64,000 bases of DNA from Phoronis australis (lineage: Eukaryota > Animalia > Phoronida). Positions 38,420 through 51,000 of the stretch are shown here, piece by piece (positions within the stretch are counted from its first letter, which is position 1; each line of letters opens with the position of its first letter). Under the pieces are notes generated by a model. It was not told the DNA's origin, made no database searches, and saw only the letters and a program-made list of their open reading frames with translations. Location of the stretch: assembly GCA_002633005.1 (NCBI GenBank), contig NMRA01000011.1, forward strand, positions 1,861,238 through 1,925,237. Direction: 5' to 3'. The position numbers and the translations under genes were made by a program.

Positions 38420-40028
38420 TTATTTAAAGGGCTCGCGAAATCGAGGCTGTTAATCTATCACCACTAGTACACGCACGCCCTCTAGCTATAATAATTGTGG
38501 ATTTTCCGAATAGCCCCATTGGTTTGCTTATTTTTTAAATTAATTTTGAGGACACAAGCAGTTCCCACTAAAATACGAAATTATACTAGATTTGTTCCTC
38601 CAACTCATTGAATGCCAAACTAAGGTCCCGTTTAGACATCAACTTTTGGCCCCGCGCAGCTGACAAGGAGCAACTTGATCCTTGTCAAATGGCCGTTTAC
38701 ACACGGAATTTCCCTAACTGTGGCAAGAAGGAAGTTGTACGCTGTAGAGTGGAATGCACATGCCCAGGTTTTCAAATAACGGGAGTTGCAGAGACAGAGA
38801 ACCCGTATGTAGGTCATTGGACAAGCGCAGTAGAGGTGATCCTTTCCGCCTTGCCCCAGCTTCGCGTTTAGACATATAATTGAAACGGAGCAAGATGTTC
38901 GAACGCAAATTGCCCCACCTCACAAACAGGTTGCGAAGGTTGTCACCGCGGAGTCAGTTTGCTCCGTGTCAGTCCCGTTTACACACTGGGACATTTCGTT
39001 CCGTATCAACTGATCCGTGTCAACTTTTGCAGTATAAACGGCACTTTAAGCATACAATATAAGTTAGTTGAATGAAGGCTGATCTAAAGTACAGGTTTGC
39101 GAATTTATCTATTTATCTGGCACTGCCAATTGCATCAGATGCGGTATTTTTATAATTTGCCAAGACATCCAATTTTGAAAACTCTTGGGAAATACACAAG
39201 GAACTTAGCGAGACATTTGGGTTACCTGAAAATTGAGGGGAGGTGATGTGAAGGAAGTGGAACGTGTCCTCCAGAGAAGTATAGTCCGTCTGCCTGGATG
39301 CGCAGCAGGAGATAGAAAGTTTACCGTAGTAAATTCATTTGCCTGAATCATCGATACAACGCTCGACATCTATTAGCGTCGCCAAAGACACTGAGTACAT
39401 CCACGACACACAAGAGGGGAAATCCGACAGAGGTCTGAAAAATTACCAAAGACGTAAAATAAAGGTTCAACTTCCTGCTTCGTGTGAACTCAGGTAGGAA
39501 TCACGAAACTCCAGGGTCTGACCCTGAGGAATATTTTCACGGGCTCGTCATTCATGCATAAATACTTTTATTGACGCACCGTGATTGCTTATAACTTGGG
39601 AATTATTGCTTAATCATACTAATTTCAAATGCTTTGAAGTATATGCAGTATATACAGATTGTTACGCAACGACTACGTGACTGCAGAGGGGAACAACTGA
39701 TCACAATGCATGCCATACCAACAGTGTTAGTAATATCCTGTCTGTTTAAAATTATGTATCGTGAAGTTCATCAGTTTTGTTACGCCAATAAGACTGCAAC
39801 AGGTACACGAAATAACAGAACTCTTGTCCATGGCTGTCGGTCGCTTGTGGTCCTCGAATATTTCTCTTCAGTTCCAATAACGATAAGCACCACGCAATGG
39901 CCAGTATGTTTACTAAACTGAAATTATGTTCCACTGACATAGAAAATAGGTAGCCATCATAACTTTTCATAATAACCACCAAATTTGTTTAAACATTTTA
40001 CATAACTTCTGCCCATGACCTACTTTAA

Positions 40029-40541
40029 GAGACTAGAGAGTATGCTATGTACGCCATTGAATTTCTGCGATTGAATATGAAGGTAATTAAACATAACATA
40101 TCGGTCAAAAATATTGAGTATTTCTCTAAAAAATAGCATCGATATTAAGTTGCGGTTTTGTAACTAGTGAAGCTTACACAGATGGTGAGGCTAAAAAATG
40201 GAACGGAACTCAAAAAAGTGGAACTAATGTGCAGTTCACAGTTTTGCCCAATCACTTATCGCTGAGGTAGAAGACAGAGTCGCACATCAAAATGCACCCT
40301 CCCAAAATTGGAATAAAAAAGACAGGAAATTCTAACATTACCCCAAATTGGTCTTTTGAACTGAGGCCTAGTAGTTAAATTCCTGTTTACCTCATGTGAT
40401 TGTCAAGAAGCAGTGTATTTCTTAATTTTAGGACATACTAGCAAAAATAAACAGTGACTGTTGTGAGGGTTCCACAATCTTTACCGAAGATCTTGAACCT
40501 AGGGTTTCAATGTCATACTTGTGCATGAAAGATAGTGTATG

Positions 40542-40576
<35 letters not shown>

Positions 40577-41900
40577 TAAACAAGTCAGGTGTTTGTTTGG
40601 AAATCTGTTTTGTTGAAATGGTTAACTTTTTGTGCTCATCTTGAAGGTGGGCTCATGTGAAGTGCAGAGTGGTATTGCTCAACGTTTGGGGACATATCTA
40701 TTCAGCTGCCATCTACAGTTCTGTATTACTTCAAGTTATAAAGAATCAGGATGGTAGTGAACTAGGGTGAGATCTTGTACGGTTGCATTGGGGATTTTAG
40801 ATGGTCTTGCTAGAAATTGCTTAGCAAATACATATACAATGGCTGCTACTCAAGCACACTAGAGTAACCACCTCTATTAAGGTCCTGTTTTCATTCGGTT
40901 GATCCCTAAAGCCTATGACTGTGAACAAGCAACAAAAAATATTTCAAAAGCAGCTGATTGTATGTAACTATGGATTTTCAGGGGTATGCAAAAGCTGCCA
41001 GACAAAACAGGCTTACTTAATGAAATCTCAGAGTGGATCAAAAGAAAGCGAGTTAGATTTGGAGCCCACGGGCACTACAGTAACAGTAAGTACTTGTGAA
41101 AATCTTTAAAAAATTTCGTAATTGCATAAAATTGGTCATTTGTTTTTTATGTTTCAATATTATGAAGAGAGATGTAAAGCACTACTCATGCATTTCACTA
41201 TGAACGCTGACACATACATAGGTAGCGCTGATATTTTAAATCGGTCTCGACATTTTTTTCATGTAGTGTGCCATACTTCTGTTTTGTACATTTGTCCTAC
41301 TGTCAGGTACATAGAAATTCATTTGGTAAATTTTTTTATCAAATCTGAATGACTTATTTGTGATGCCTTCACTTTAGCTTGGTATTTATATTTTCTGTGC
41401 CAAAATGGCCAAATTAACTTTAATATGTTTAATTTTTTCATTAATAAAATTTTAGGAACCTGGGAATGCTTATGCTGAAGAAGTGGCTTCCGTTGAAGTT
41501 GAAGACCTGCCGATTATTAGTAAAAGTTGGGTATGGAAAAGTTCAAAACCAGCAAGAAGGTACCCTGAACTGTTAAAAAAATTCCTTCTGGAAAACTATG
41601 TCAGATGGCTACAGAGAGGCTGAAAAGTCTATTCCCAGGAGATGTGTCAAAGAGAATTTGTAACTTGAGGAACGAGTCGGAGGATAAGTATTTGCCTAAG
41701 ATTACTGGCTTATACCACAACAGGTCCAAAGTAATTTGTTGAGATAGCCACTCTCTGCAATGTGGAAACTGGAACAGTTGGATGTAGGAGATCTGACGGA
41801 GGAAGTGCAGTATGCATTGGAAAGAGATAAAATGCGCTTTAAGATCGCCAAGGATGTAGCATCTTCATTTTTCCCGTTGTTATAATAAAGATAATGACAA
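40029..41900 (+). mobile_element. DNA transposon remnant, possibly Sola3-like
   Basis: TTAA|GAGACTAG at 40025; exon from ~41457 reads SWVWKSSKPARRYPELLKKFLLENY../EKS.PGDVSKRICNLR..DYWLIPQQVQS, resembling a GWALK..FL..G.K..P..V..R..WL..Q.S transposase C-terminus. Family call from recall; right TIR not found. Confidence 0.4.
40543..40572. repeat. (TA)n microsatellite
   Basis: About 15 TA units. Confidence 0.95.
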
Positions 41901-42189
41901 GCATTTATCGGCAACGGTCAGATGTACGCCCAAGGTTCTTTATCCATGTGACCTGTGTTGTTATATCCAACAATGGCACAACAAAGGAAAACAATGATAC
42001 GACCGATTGGCGATTTACATGCAACGATTTGCCATGGATAGTGGTGGAGTTTGTCTTGTCGTTTGAATGTTTTAGACAACTGTAAATCTGGTATTTCGTC
42101 AGGAAAACAAAAGATTTCTGCGGCCCTTTCGCTTAGGTCGTATGAAAAAATGTGGTTATGCCACTAAACTTATTATTAATGTAGCGCAA

Positions 42190-43150
42190 ACACCCGCACA
42201 TTGGATGTCTCTCTTGTTTTTGTTGTTCGCCCAGCGGGTTACTCGCGTACAACAATAATACCGTAACACTTTGGTTCATAAAAGTTTATTTATGATACGA
42301 TACGATACTAATACAAGTAAAATACATTTTTTGTTTTCGATGAGTTTAATACGAACATACGGTTAAACCTGAAACAATTAATAAAGATAATACAATCTTT
42401 AATACAAAGTAAAATACCAAAACATCATGCTAAGATACAGAGAACTGCATGTCTGATAATATTATATCAACTCACAATTAGGCAAACACTAGTTAGCAGA
42501 ACTTGTAGTTACAACAATTTCTATGAATTAAACAAATAATCAAAGAACCGAGAACAGTTGTTTCTAAAGATAAAATTAAGCGTAAAACATCAAGAAACAA
42601 AATTGTCTCTTACCAACACTGGGCATCTGTGATATTTTTTAAGCAAGCAACAACCTCTCTCCAAGCAATATGAATTCTAGAGTAGCTAACAGAATATTTA
42701 TACTGAATACAAGATAGGTGGGGGATAGCTCAAAACACAAAACCCACACACTTCCTCCAAAATGCTACACCTAGCTCCAAAACAATTCTCTGAATAAAGT
42801 TGTTGTCAGATTCCTGCAATGAACCCAAGTCACTACTTAATGTGTTGTAGGCAGACAAAAGTTAAGTAATTTCGATAGATAATAGTTCTGATTATTGTTC
42901 TTGTCGTAAATGTTTCATCCCAAAGCTGACCAGTTTCAAAGAATTAAAGTTACATAACTAGCAATACAAGGTACAGTTGTCATTGTAAACATCACACAAA
43001 TGGTTAAAGACATGTGGCGAATCACTTCCTATGCACTTATAGGAGGATACAAATGTTAGTAAACAACCAATATATTTAATTAATTATACATGTCACAAAA
43101 ATTACATAACTTGTTTAATTAGACTAATTATCTACAACATCAAAAAATGT
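42190..43150 (+). repeat. ~1-kb AT-rich direct repeat, copy 1 (copy 2 at 53644-54675), containing (GATAC)n
   Basis: Colinear shared blocks such as cggttaaacctgaaacaattaataaagataatacaat, cttcctccaaaatgctaca and ttagactaattatctaca. Confidence 0.9.
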
Positions 43151-45255
43151 CTCATACAATTCATTTGATATCACAGTGCATTGCATGAACATTTGATTGG
43201 CAGAAAATCTGAATTGAATATGTGTGAAGAAAAGTCCATAAGGAAATTGCAAGTTTAAATCAAAATAATCTACATTTGTCGAGTTCATGTCTAACCCTGT
43301 TCACTGGGGGTGGACATAATCGACTTTTTACAAAAATGGAGCCATGTATGGTATAGGAGTACTATTAATATAGTCCTAGGTGTTAAATAGTAAAACATTC
43401 AAAACATTCAGGGGGAACAAATTCATTGCAAAATATCAAAAAAGATATAAGGCAATCTGATTTTACATGCTGACACAGCGATCTCGGATATTTGAAAAAT
43501 TCTCATTTTTGTTTATTTAACGTGCCAAAATGTATAACTAATAAACTGGCTGACAAAGTTTTTATTTTATGCAATGAAAGTAACATGTTTTGTCAACATT
43601 TTGGCCAAGTTTCATTGTCATAGCAGGGGGGGCAGATTTGGTATGGCAGTGTAGTAAACATAACCTCGAAATAGCATAACGGGGGGTAGTGTAGTAAAAC
43701 TACTAAATGTGGATGGTAAATCGGTATCTTTTTTTTCAAAAGGCATCTGTTTAACAGTCTACTTGCACCACTAAACAACGCCAAGTGAATAATAGTTCAA
43801 TAGCTTTCATTCAAGGAAAAAGAAAGACATTTAAATTGGACAGTTTTTACAGCGTGAAAACATAGCTGCGAAGCCGTAAAATCTGTTTTACCCTATAACT
43901 TTGGTAGAATGTAATAATTTGGGGGAAATATTTTACCAATGCTTTTAGATTCCATAGGACTACCTACATGTATGTGTCAGATTTGGTGGAAATAGGCTGA
44001 CCGCCCACCTTGCCGCTGGATAGCTAATGTTCTCTTGGACTAGTAGGCTTACTTAATTTCTCAAGTTTCAAACTAGCAGAATAACACCACACCTGTTTTT
44101 GCAAATGTAATTACAACTTCTTCAGGGCAGGGTTCTTATCTTTTTACTCGAAATGGAACTCGAAATTGTGTTTGGCATTCTACTTTATTTTTGTGAAAGT
44201 TCAATAGGAGTGTCTATTATTCTATGCTCGAGTATATAATGACTTACGTGGATAATTTTTTGTGTCAGTTTTAAGTTGATAAACACAACATTAAGGCTAA
44301 AAGTATTGAGTTTGAACTCGAAATTTCGATTTTTATTGGCGTTTGTAGCACGAAAATCAGGGTCATCAAGTGCAAGCTTTGACTAGAAATTCGTATGCGT
44401 ATTCGAGCACAGTCTGAAAACCTCTTATCTCGAGTTGGCACAAAAGTAGCACAGAAATTGCGAAAATAGTTTCGAGTTCGTTTTTTGTACAAAGATTAGA
44501 TTACGGGAGCAGATGTAGACAGGTCAACGCTTCCACAACTCACAAGCCAGCCTGACTACGTAGGACGGCAGAGAGTGAGCAGACGATATTGCTGAAATTG
44601 CAGAAAAGAGATGTTTGCACCTATATTTTCCTCGACATTTAATAGCTGTTTCCTTTTATTTTGATTTGTCACAATGCATATTTTTATTTGTATCTAAACT
44701 GGTAAACGAGTATTTGTCGATTTCCTAATAACCAAGTTCACCGAGCGAGTGACCTAGAGTTCATTCGTGACTTGCGCCAATCAAAAGCTTTTACAGGATC
44801 ATTCTTGCATCATGTTGCGTTGTTTTACTCAATGTTTTGGTAATTACTTTGAAGAATGAGTACAGAGTATATGTTGGCTTACTTTCAATTGATTTTTCTT
44901 ATTTTACGCTGTTGGAAAACGTAGTATATTCGGTTTGTTCTGAGTCAATCAGCTGTTGACAAATATAACTAAGAATGCCGAGGCGGTGATTCTGTTCAGA
45001 GAAGGTAGTGCGTCGCACGCAACTTATTATTATTCCACGTCTTGCACGTGCGTTTATTTTACAACGAATATGCACATGTGTTGCATAAAAGTCATTCAGT
45101 GCTCATGACGCAAAGTATTCAACACAACACATATGAGTGAAATTTTGCTGCCCAAATACTTGGGTTATGTACACGTAGCATAGCAAGATAATTCCGTAGT
45201 GCAAAACATCCCAACAGGCGTGTTTTTAACAAAATGTTTTTTCTCCATTTTGCAG

Positions 45256-45446
45256 GCGGTGTTTGGACATTTCCAGCTCATGAAAAGTACTCTACTGTGA
45301 AGTTTTTAAATGGAACAAAAAACAGTTTGTATTGCGATCAAACTTTGATTGAGTTTGCAATGGGAATGCTCGTAATTAAGTTCACGCTCCTGGTGTTAGC
45401 ATTTTCGGTACTTCTGGTAGTTCTTGGGATCTCCATTAGTCACTAA
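45256..45446 (+). CDS. TMEM272: TMEM272-like membrane protein, terminal exon
   Basis: ttttgcag acceptor, phase 1; the join reads WAIVG|GVWTF...YCDQTLIEFAMGMLVI..., matching W.I.G.VW.F...YCD.TLY.FA; TAA at 45444-45446. Confidence 0.75.
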
Positions 45447-45814
45447 ATATTTTATTTTCAAGAATTACAGAATACTTAGTACATAAAAAACAAGACTCGT
45501 GATTATCTGTCATAAAGTTTTGTTTATAAAATTGGTGTGCAACTCTACTATCATATCATTTTACATAAGTTTTTGGCGACCCTCCATTACGATCAAAGCG
45601 CGCGGTTGTTGAAAAAACAATATATATTGCACTTAAAGAAGTATAATGCTGACGAAACAATCAATTCATGCATCTATAAAAATTTTTCTGTTTTCACAAC
45701 AGTCTATTATTCTTGAAAACATAATGTATCTTATGTAGCTGCCAATATGCATTACGTTTGCCAACAATACTGTTGACAAAAGAGGTGACGGGCTTTTCAG
45801 GTTTAGAAATGTTT

Positions 45815-47236
45815 GCAACAGGCGGTTTGGAGTGTGAGAAACAAGAAGCGGAGACCTACAGTGGCAGCAAGAGGGTTGAAGACCTCGGAGAATTTGCTTC
45901 ATTGATTAACCCCGACGAACCGACCGTAGAATGTGACATGAGCCAGCCAAGATTACAGTAGGTTATGCAGATAATAAAGAAGGCAAGATCATCGTCAGCA
46001 CCAGGACCAGACAGGGTGCCATAAAAAGTGTACAAGAGCTGTCCAGGATTAACCAAGATTCTGTGGAAGCTGCTTAGAGCTGTCTGGAGAAGAGGAAGGT
46101 TAGCTGAAAGTTTTCACCAGGCAGATGGATGTTTTATTCCAAAGCCAGACAAGGCGAAAGGTCTGCAGTATGGCGGGACAATATCTTTGCTGAATGTTGA
46201 AGGAAAGATCTTTCTGGCGATAGTGGCGAGGAGAACGACAGAGTTCATGATGGCGAACACATATATCGACATAGCTATTCAGAAAGGAGGCGTTCCGGGG
46301 GTCTCGGGATGTATCGAGCATACAAGTGTGGTTACCCAGATCATCAAGGAGGCTAAGGAAAGGAAAGGAAAGGGAATCTGGTTGTACTATGGCTTGATCT
46401 GGCGAATGCCTATGGTTCAATACCACACACGTTGGTCATGTTGACATTAGCCCGATACGACGTACCAGAGGCGGTTAAAGGAATGTTACAAGGCTATTTT
46501 GACAACATCAAGATGAGATTCTCTGTGGGTAACTATGTTACAGCGTGGCAAAGATTGGAGGTGGGGATAATAACAGGATGTACAATGTCGGTGATTCTGT
46601 TCGCAGCAGAGATGAACAACTTGTTAAATCAGTGGAGCGGAAGAGCAGAGGACCAATCATGCCGTCAGGGGTCAGACAACCACCGACATGAGCTTTTATG
46701 GATGACATGACTGTGACAACCAAGTCTTACATAGAAGGGAAGTGGGCACTGGAAGACTTAGAGATGATAATTGCATGGGCACGGATGAAGTTTAAGCCGG
46801 TAAACTCAAGGAGTTTAGTGCTTAAGGACGGCAAGGATGCAAATGGGAGATTCAGGCTAGGCGACGACGTAATACCAACAGTGGATAAAAAACCAGTAAA
46901 GAGCCTAGAGAAATGGTTCGACTGTCCTCTCAAAGATGTTGCCAGCGTGGCTACCATCAAAGGTCAGGTAGAAGATTGGATGACAGCAGTGGATACGTGT
47001 GGATTGCCAGGCAAGTTTAACGCATGGATTGACCAGCATGGAGTGCTACCTTGGGTACTATGGACATTATTGGTGTACAGTGTTCCAACATCAGCAGCAG
47101 AGGCAGTGGAGCGTCTAGTGAGCTCCTTTCTACGTAGGTGGTTGGGTGTACCAAGGAGTTTCAGCAGTGTTGGATTATACAGCACTGGGTCCAAGCTGCA
47201 GTTACCCATCACATCGATGGTGGAGGAGTTTAAAGT
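45815..47236 (+). mobile_element. HERO-like (R2-group) non-LTR retrotransposon RT region, frameshifted
   Basis: FIPK..TISLLNVEGKIF..QKGGVPGVSGCIEH..WLDLANAYGSIPH..GIITGCTMSVILF..AFMDDMT..WARMKFKP; AFMDD and QKGG.PG are HERO-like. Confidence 0.85.
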
Positions 47237-48690
47237 TGGATAATCCTGGACAGCTCTTGTACACTTTTTATGGCACCCTGTCTGGTCCCGGTGCTGACGA
47301 TTATATTGCCTTCTTTATTATCTGCATAACCTCCTGTAATCTTGGCTGGTTCATGTCAAATTCTACGCTCGGTTCGTCCGGGTTAATCAATGAAACAAAT
47401 TCTCCGAGGTCCTCAACCCCCTTGCTGCCATTGTAAGTCTCCTTCAAAAACTTCTCCACTTCTTGTTTCTCACACTCCAAACTGCCCGAGTTCTTCTTCC
47501 CTAGTAGTTTTGCCACAAGCTGGTACGGATTTGCTGTAAATTGTGTCTGCTTCGTAGCTCTTTATTCCGACACCGCCGTGACCTCTCGGCTCTTCGTAGG
47601 GTCTTCAGTCTCTCTCTTTGCACCCGTCTCAGCTAGGCTAATCCTTCCTCTTCATTCTCCTCTGCTATACGGAATCTTCTGCTTAGCCTACGCAAATCTT
47701 GCCTAATCTGCGTGATCTCTGTCTCTCCCCTGTTTTTCTTGCCTCGACCTAATGAATGCGTTCTGTTTTCTTTTAATCCAAAGCGGTCTACTCCTATTGT
47801 GTAGATAAAGCTCGTCATTCCTGTAAACTTCTTGTCAACATCCCCTGCTAATGTGGTGTTAATCACGGTGTTCACGTCTTTTTCTAATTCTTGCCACGCT
47901 CTTCTACTATTGCTGGGTGAGCATTTGACATTTCTCTTTTCTTCTTGGCTTCTATTCTCCTCAACTTCTGCTGTTCCACATTCAGATGCTGCATCTTCTC
48001 TGCTCCCGCCGTCGCCTTCCTCTGCCACATGGAGGCTGTGGTCGCTGTGTTTGCATCCACAACCACCTCCTCCTCCGTCTGACCCGATTCCTCTGTGCAT
48101 TGTAATATTGTCGGCTCCGCGCGGAAGCCCAACTTGCCCTGGTGAATCCTCAACCCACTATAGTTCTTGCAAACTTTCCCGCACATACAGATAATTGGGT
48201 TGTTTGATGCCATTTGTTCTCGAGTGGGTTCTGTATTCAGTCTAACTGTTCTTCTCACTTGTCTCGCCCCTGGTGTTGACGCCGTTGAGCTCAGACTTGA
48301 TCCACGTGTCACTCTTGGAGCTGTATCCGTGTTCTGTCTCGTTTTCCGTGTTTGGTCCTTTGTTGATTCCGTCTGATTCTGTCCGTTGGGTCGCTCATCC
48401 TCCCCCACTTTCGTGCGGCCCTGGGGGTATTTCTTAAATTATCTGTCTATAGCGATCATGAATAGGATCCCCCTCGCGGGAGAAATGCTTCGGCCTGCCA
48501 AGCCTTCACATCCTGTGAAGCTGGTCTGTCCCAGCTGCCTACTGTCTCTCCAGGTTGTCACTGTGCTTTTCCCAGTCGTCAGTCATTCTTTCCTAGCAGT
48601 CACTGTCTCCACTAGTTACCTTTAAACGCTCTGAAGTCATTGGCGCCAGTCCTGTCTTTAGGTGGATAGTCTCGGTTCGGGAGCTCGTAC
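47237..48690 (-). mobile_element. 5' part of the same HERO-like family (UTR, N-terminal zinc finger, pre-RT region) in the opposite orientation
   Basis: Minus ICMCGKVCKNYSGLRIHQGK zinc finger, then IGVDRFGLKE..KNRGETEI; 47237-47485 is an inverted, diverged copy of ~45825-46056. Confidence 0.85.
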
Positions 48691-48739
48691 AAAAAACTCA
48701 GGAACTAAGTAACCCACTTAAGCTTGTCTCTCGTCATCT

Positions 48740-49560
48740 GAATTCTACGGTTGCACTCCAACATTTGGATGAGTTACAGTATCAAGCTGCCTTACTCATA
48801 ACCGGAGCTTACAGGGGGTCCAATTGTGTTAAGGTTTTGAATAGTCTCAAATGGCCCAAACTGTCTACTCGACGCAATCTTCACATGACCACATTTACTT
48901 TCAAGGTAATAAACAATGTCAACAACGTTTCTGTCAAAAAATATTTGATCTATACACTAGACAAGGCCATCGTAGTGATTTGAGATCCTCCACCCTATAT
49001 ATAATTCCTCCGTGGTTCAGTCAGGCATTCAGAAGGTGTACAGTCATGATGTGCATCAACAACTGGAATTCTCTTCCAGTCTCTCTTGTTGAAAGCAATT
49101 CTTTTTCGAGTATGAAAAATAATTTTAGAAATGTTTTTCATAATTTTTACTCAATTCTCCCTTCCCCGCGATAACGAAATAGCATCATACAGATCAAGAT
49201 GTGGCCTTTTCCTCAACTCTGACAAGTTCAGGCACAACTTTAGTAATGTCTCTCCAAACTGTAAATGTGGTGACCATCAATCTTACCCTCATATTTTCTT
49301 CAAATGTGCCCTCATCGAATAGATGAGAGACTCACTCTTTCGTGCACTCAATGAAAACCAATCAATTGTTAACGCTCTCAATTCCTGTAATAATATCCCT
49401 ACTAGAGTTACATTATTATTGAATTGTAGTCCTAACCTTGACCTCGTTCTCAACGAATTCCTCCTAAGCAACGTTAGTAAATTTTTATGTACTGTTTATC
49501 AATATTGATGCATCTGATTTCCATACATGAATCTGTACATATTTTTGTTTTTATATATTT
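48740..49560 (+). mobile_element. CR1/L2-group LINE 3' fragment
   Basis: LDELQYQAALLITGA..LKWPKLSTRR..NNWNSLP..SPNCKCGDHQSYPHIFFKC..LLLN. Confidence 0.75.
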
Positions 49561-49737
49561 GTAATAGCAATTCTAAGTATTGGAATACTTATATTAGATA
49601 CTACTTAATTGTATATACCTCTATGTATAATAGTTTCATTTATGAATTGTTTACAACCCAGAAATAATGCTTCGCTGTTTCTTGGTTTGTTATTATTTCT
49701 TTGTATATTCTGTGTATTCTCAATAAATATATATCAC

Positions 49738-51000
49738 TTAAAAATGATAAACTATTCTAAGACAAACGTGGTGTGGATTGGTAGTGGAAAACTTCCAAAT
49801 GTGTTTCACTGCATGTATTGGAGACTAAAATTAGATGATGTTGATTTTAATTTTCTGGGTTTTAATTTCAGTGTGAACTTGAAAACTATGTCCAAAGATT
49901 TTTTGATGCAAAAAGGTTGGAAATGAAGAATCTGATTAACGTATGGTCTCGCAGAAAGCTGGCTGTCTTTCGAAAGGTCACAGTTTGTATTCAAAAACAC
50001 TTGTGGTTTAAACAATTATGCCCCTGCTAACTTTGCTGCCGAGTCCCAGTGATACCACTTTTGGCGATATTAAAACGTTGTTCTTTAAATTTATTTGGAA
50101 CGAGAAGTACCCATTAAATCCATAGAAGATGGAGGATTGATGTCACAAAATTTAATGTTTTTAGAAATTTCATGGGTTGGACGATTCTTTTTAAGAAAAT
50201 CTCCATGGACGTATTTGTTGCAAAACGATATCGGGATTTCTATACGTAGAATGTTGTGCTATAGGTAACTAGAATAGATAACTGTATCTCTTTTTGGAAA
50301 GAACGCTTCCAGTATTGAAGCCTTTTATTTTACAAACAAACTAGTTCAAGACACGAAGATGCGGTGTCAATTAACGTGTGGGCTAACACTAACTTACAGT
50401 GGAATACAGCCCTTGTATTTTTGAGTCGTTCGTTGAAAAAGGTATGGTATTTTTGAACGATTTCTTAGATTGAATGGTAACTTTTAGGCCTTTGAAAATT
50501 TCCTGATGATTCTTCAGATTAATGTCAGACTTTTCAAATGCTATTCAATTGTTTGTGCTATGAAAAAATATTTGAACGCGTTTTCCAAAAATTTAAATCT
50601 AAAAAGGTATACGGACCACTTTTATCTTATTCTCCAAAAAGTATTTCGACGAAAAGGGGATGTCGGAGTCCTTACCATATTATTGCTTTTCTTTCAGTTC
50701 CGCTTCCTGCATAGAATTCTACCTACTAATTATTTTTAAATGAGATAAGATATGTGTACTCAAATGCTTGTACTTTTGGTAAATACTTTCCCAATCTTGA
50801 GACTTTAGAACATTTATTTTTTGAATGTGAATATGTTTACTCTTTCTGGCATGGGGTACGTCTCTGGTTAATGACTGCAATGCAAGTAAACTTTTACATA
50901 GACAAAACGACCATTACATTTAGTTTTCAAAAGCAATAGAATAGAATTTTGAACTGGTTTATATTACAAAGAAAACAAAATCATTTTTGAAAAAGAAATT
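49738..51000 (+). mobile_element. L1/Tx1-like LINE ORF2 C-terminal remnant
   Basis: INYSKTNVVWIG..FLG..VWSRRKL..FKFIWN..FQFRFLHRILPTN..CTF..ETLEHLFFECEYV.SFW (zf-RVT-like); heavily decayed. Confidence 0.75.

Larger units (their letters stand above)
35848..38517 (+). mobile_element. ISL2EU/IS4EU-like DNA transposon with TIRs, AT TSD and convergent THAP and SAP exons; spans an assembly gap
   Basis: AT|GGGACTATTCGGAGAATT versus GATTTTCCGAATAGCCCC|AT; plus WTTAVNR..WMLEPRVCS exon ending at a GTAAG donor (~36186); minus SAP-like exon. Confidence 0.65.

Noticed and set aside
48400-48690. HDV-like ribozyme at the 5' end of the HERO-like element
   Set aside because: Could not assemble the nested double pseudoknot by eye; needs a structure search.
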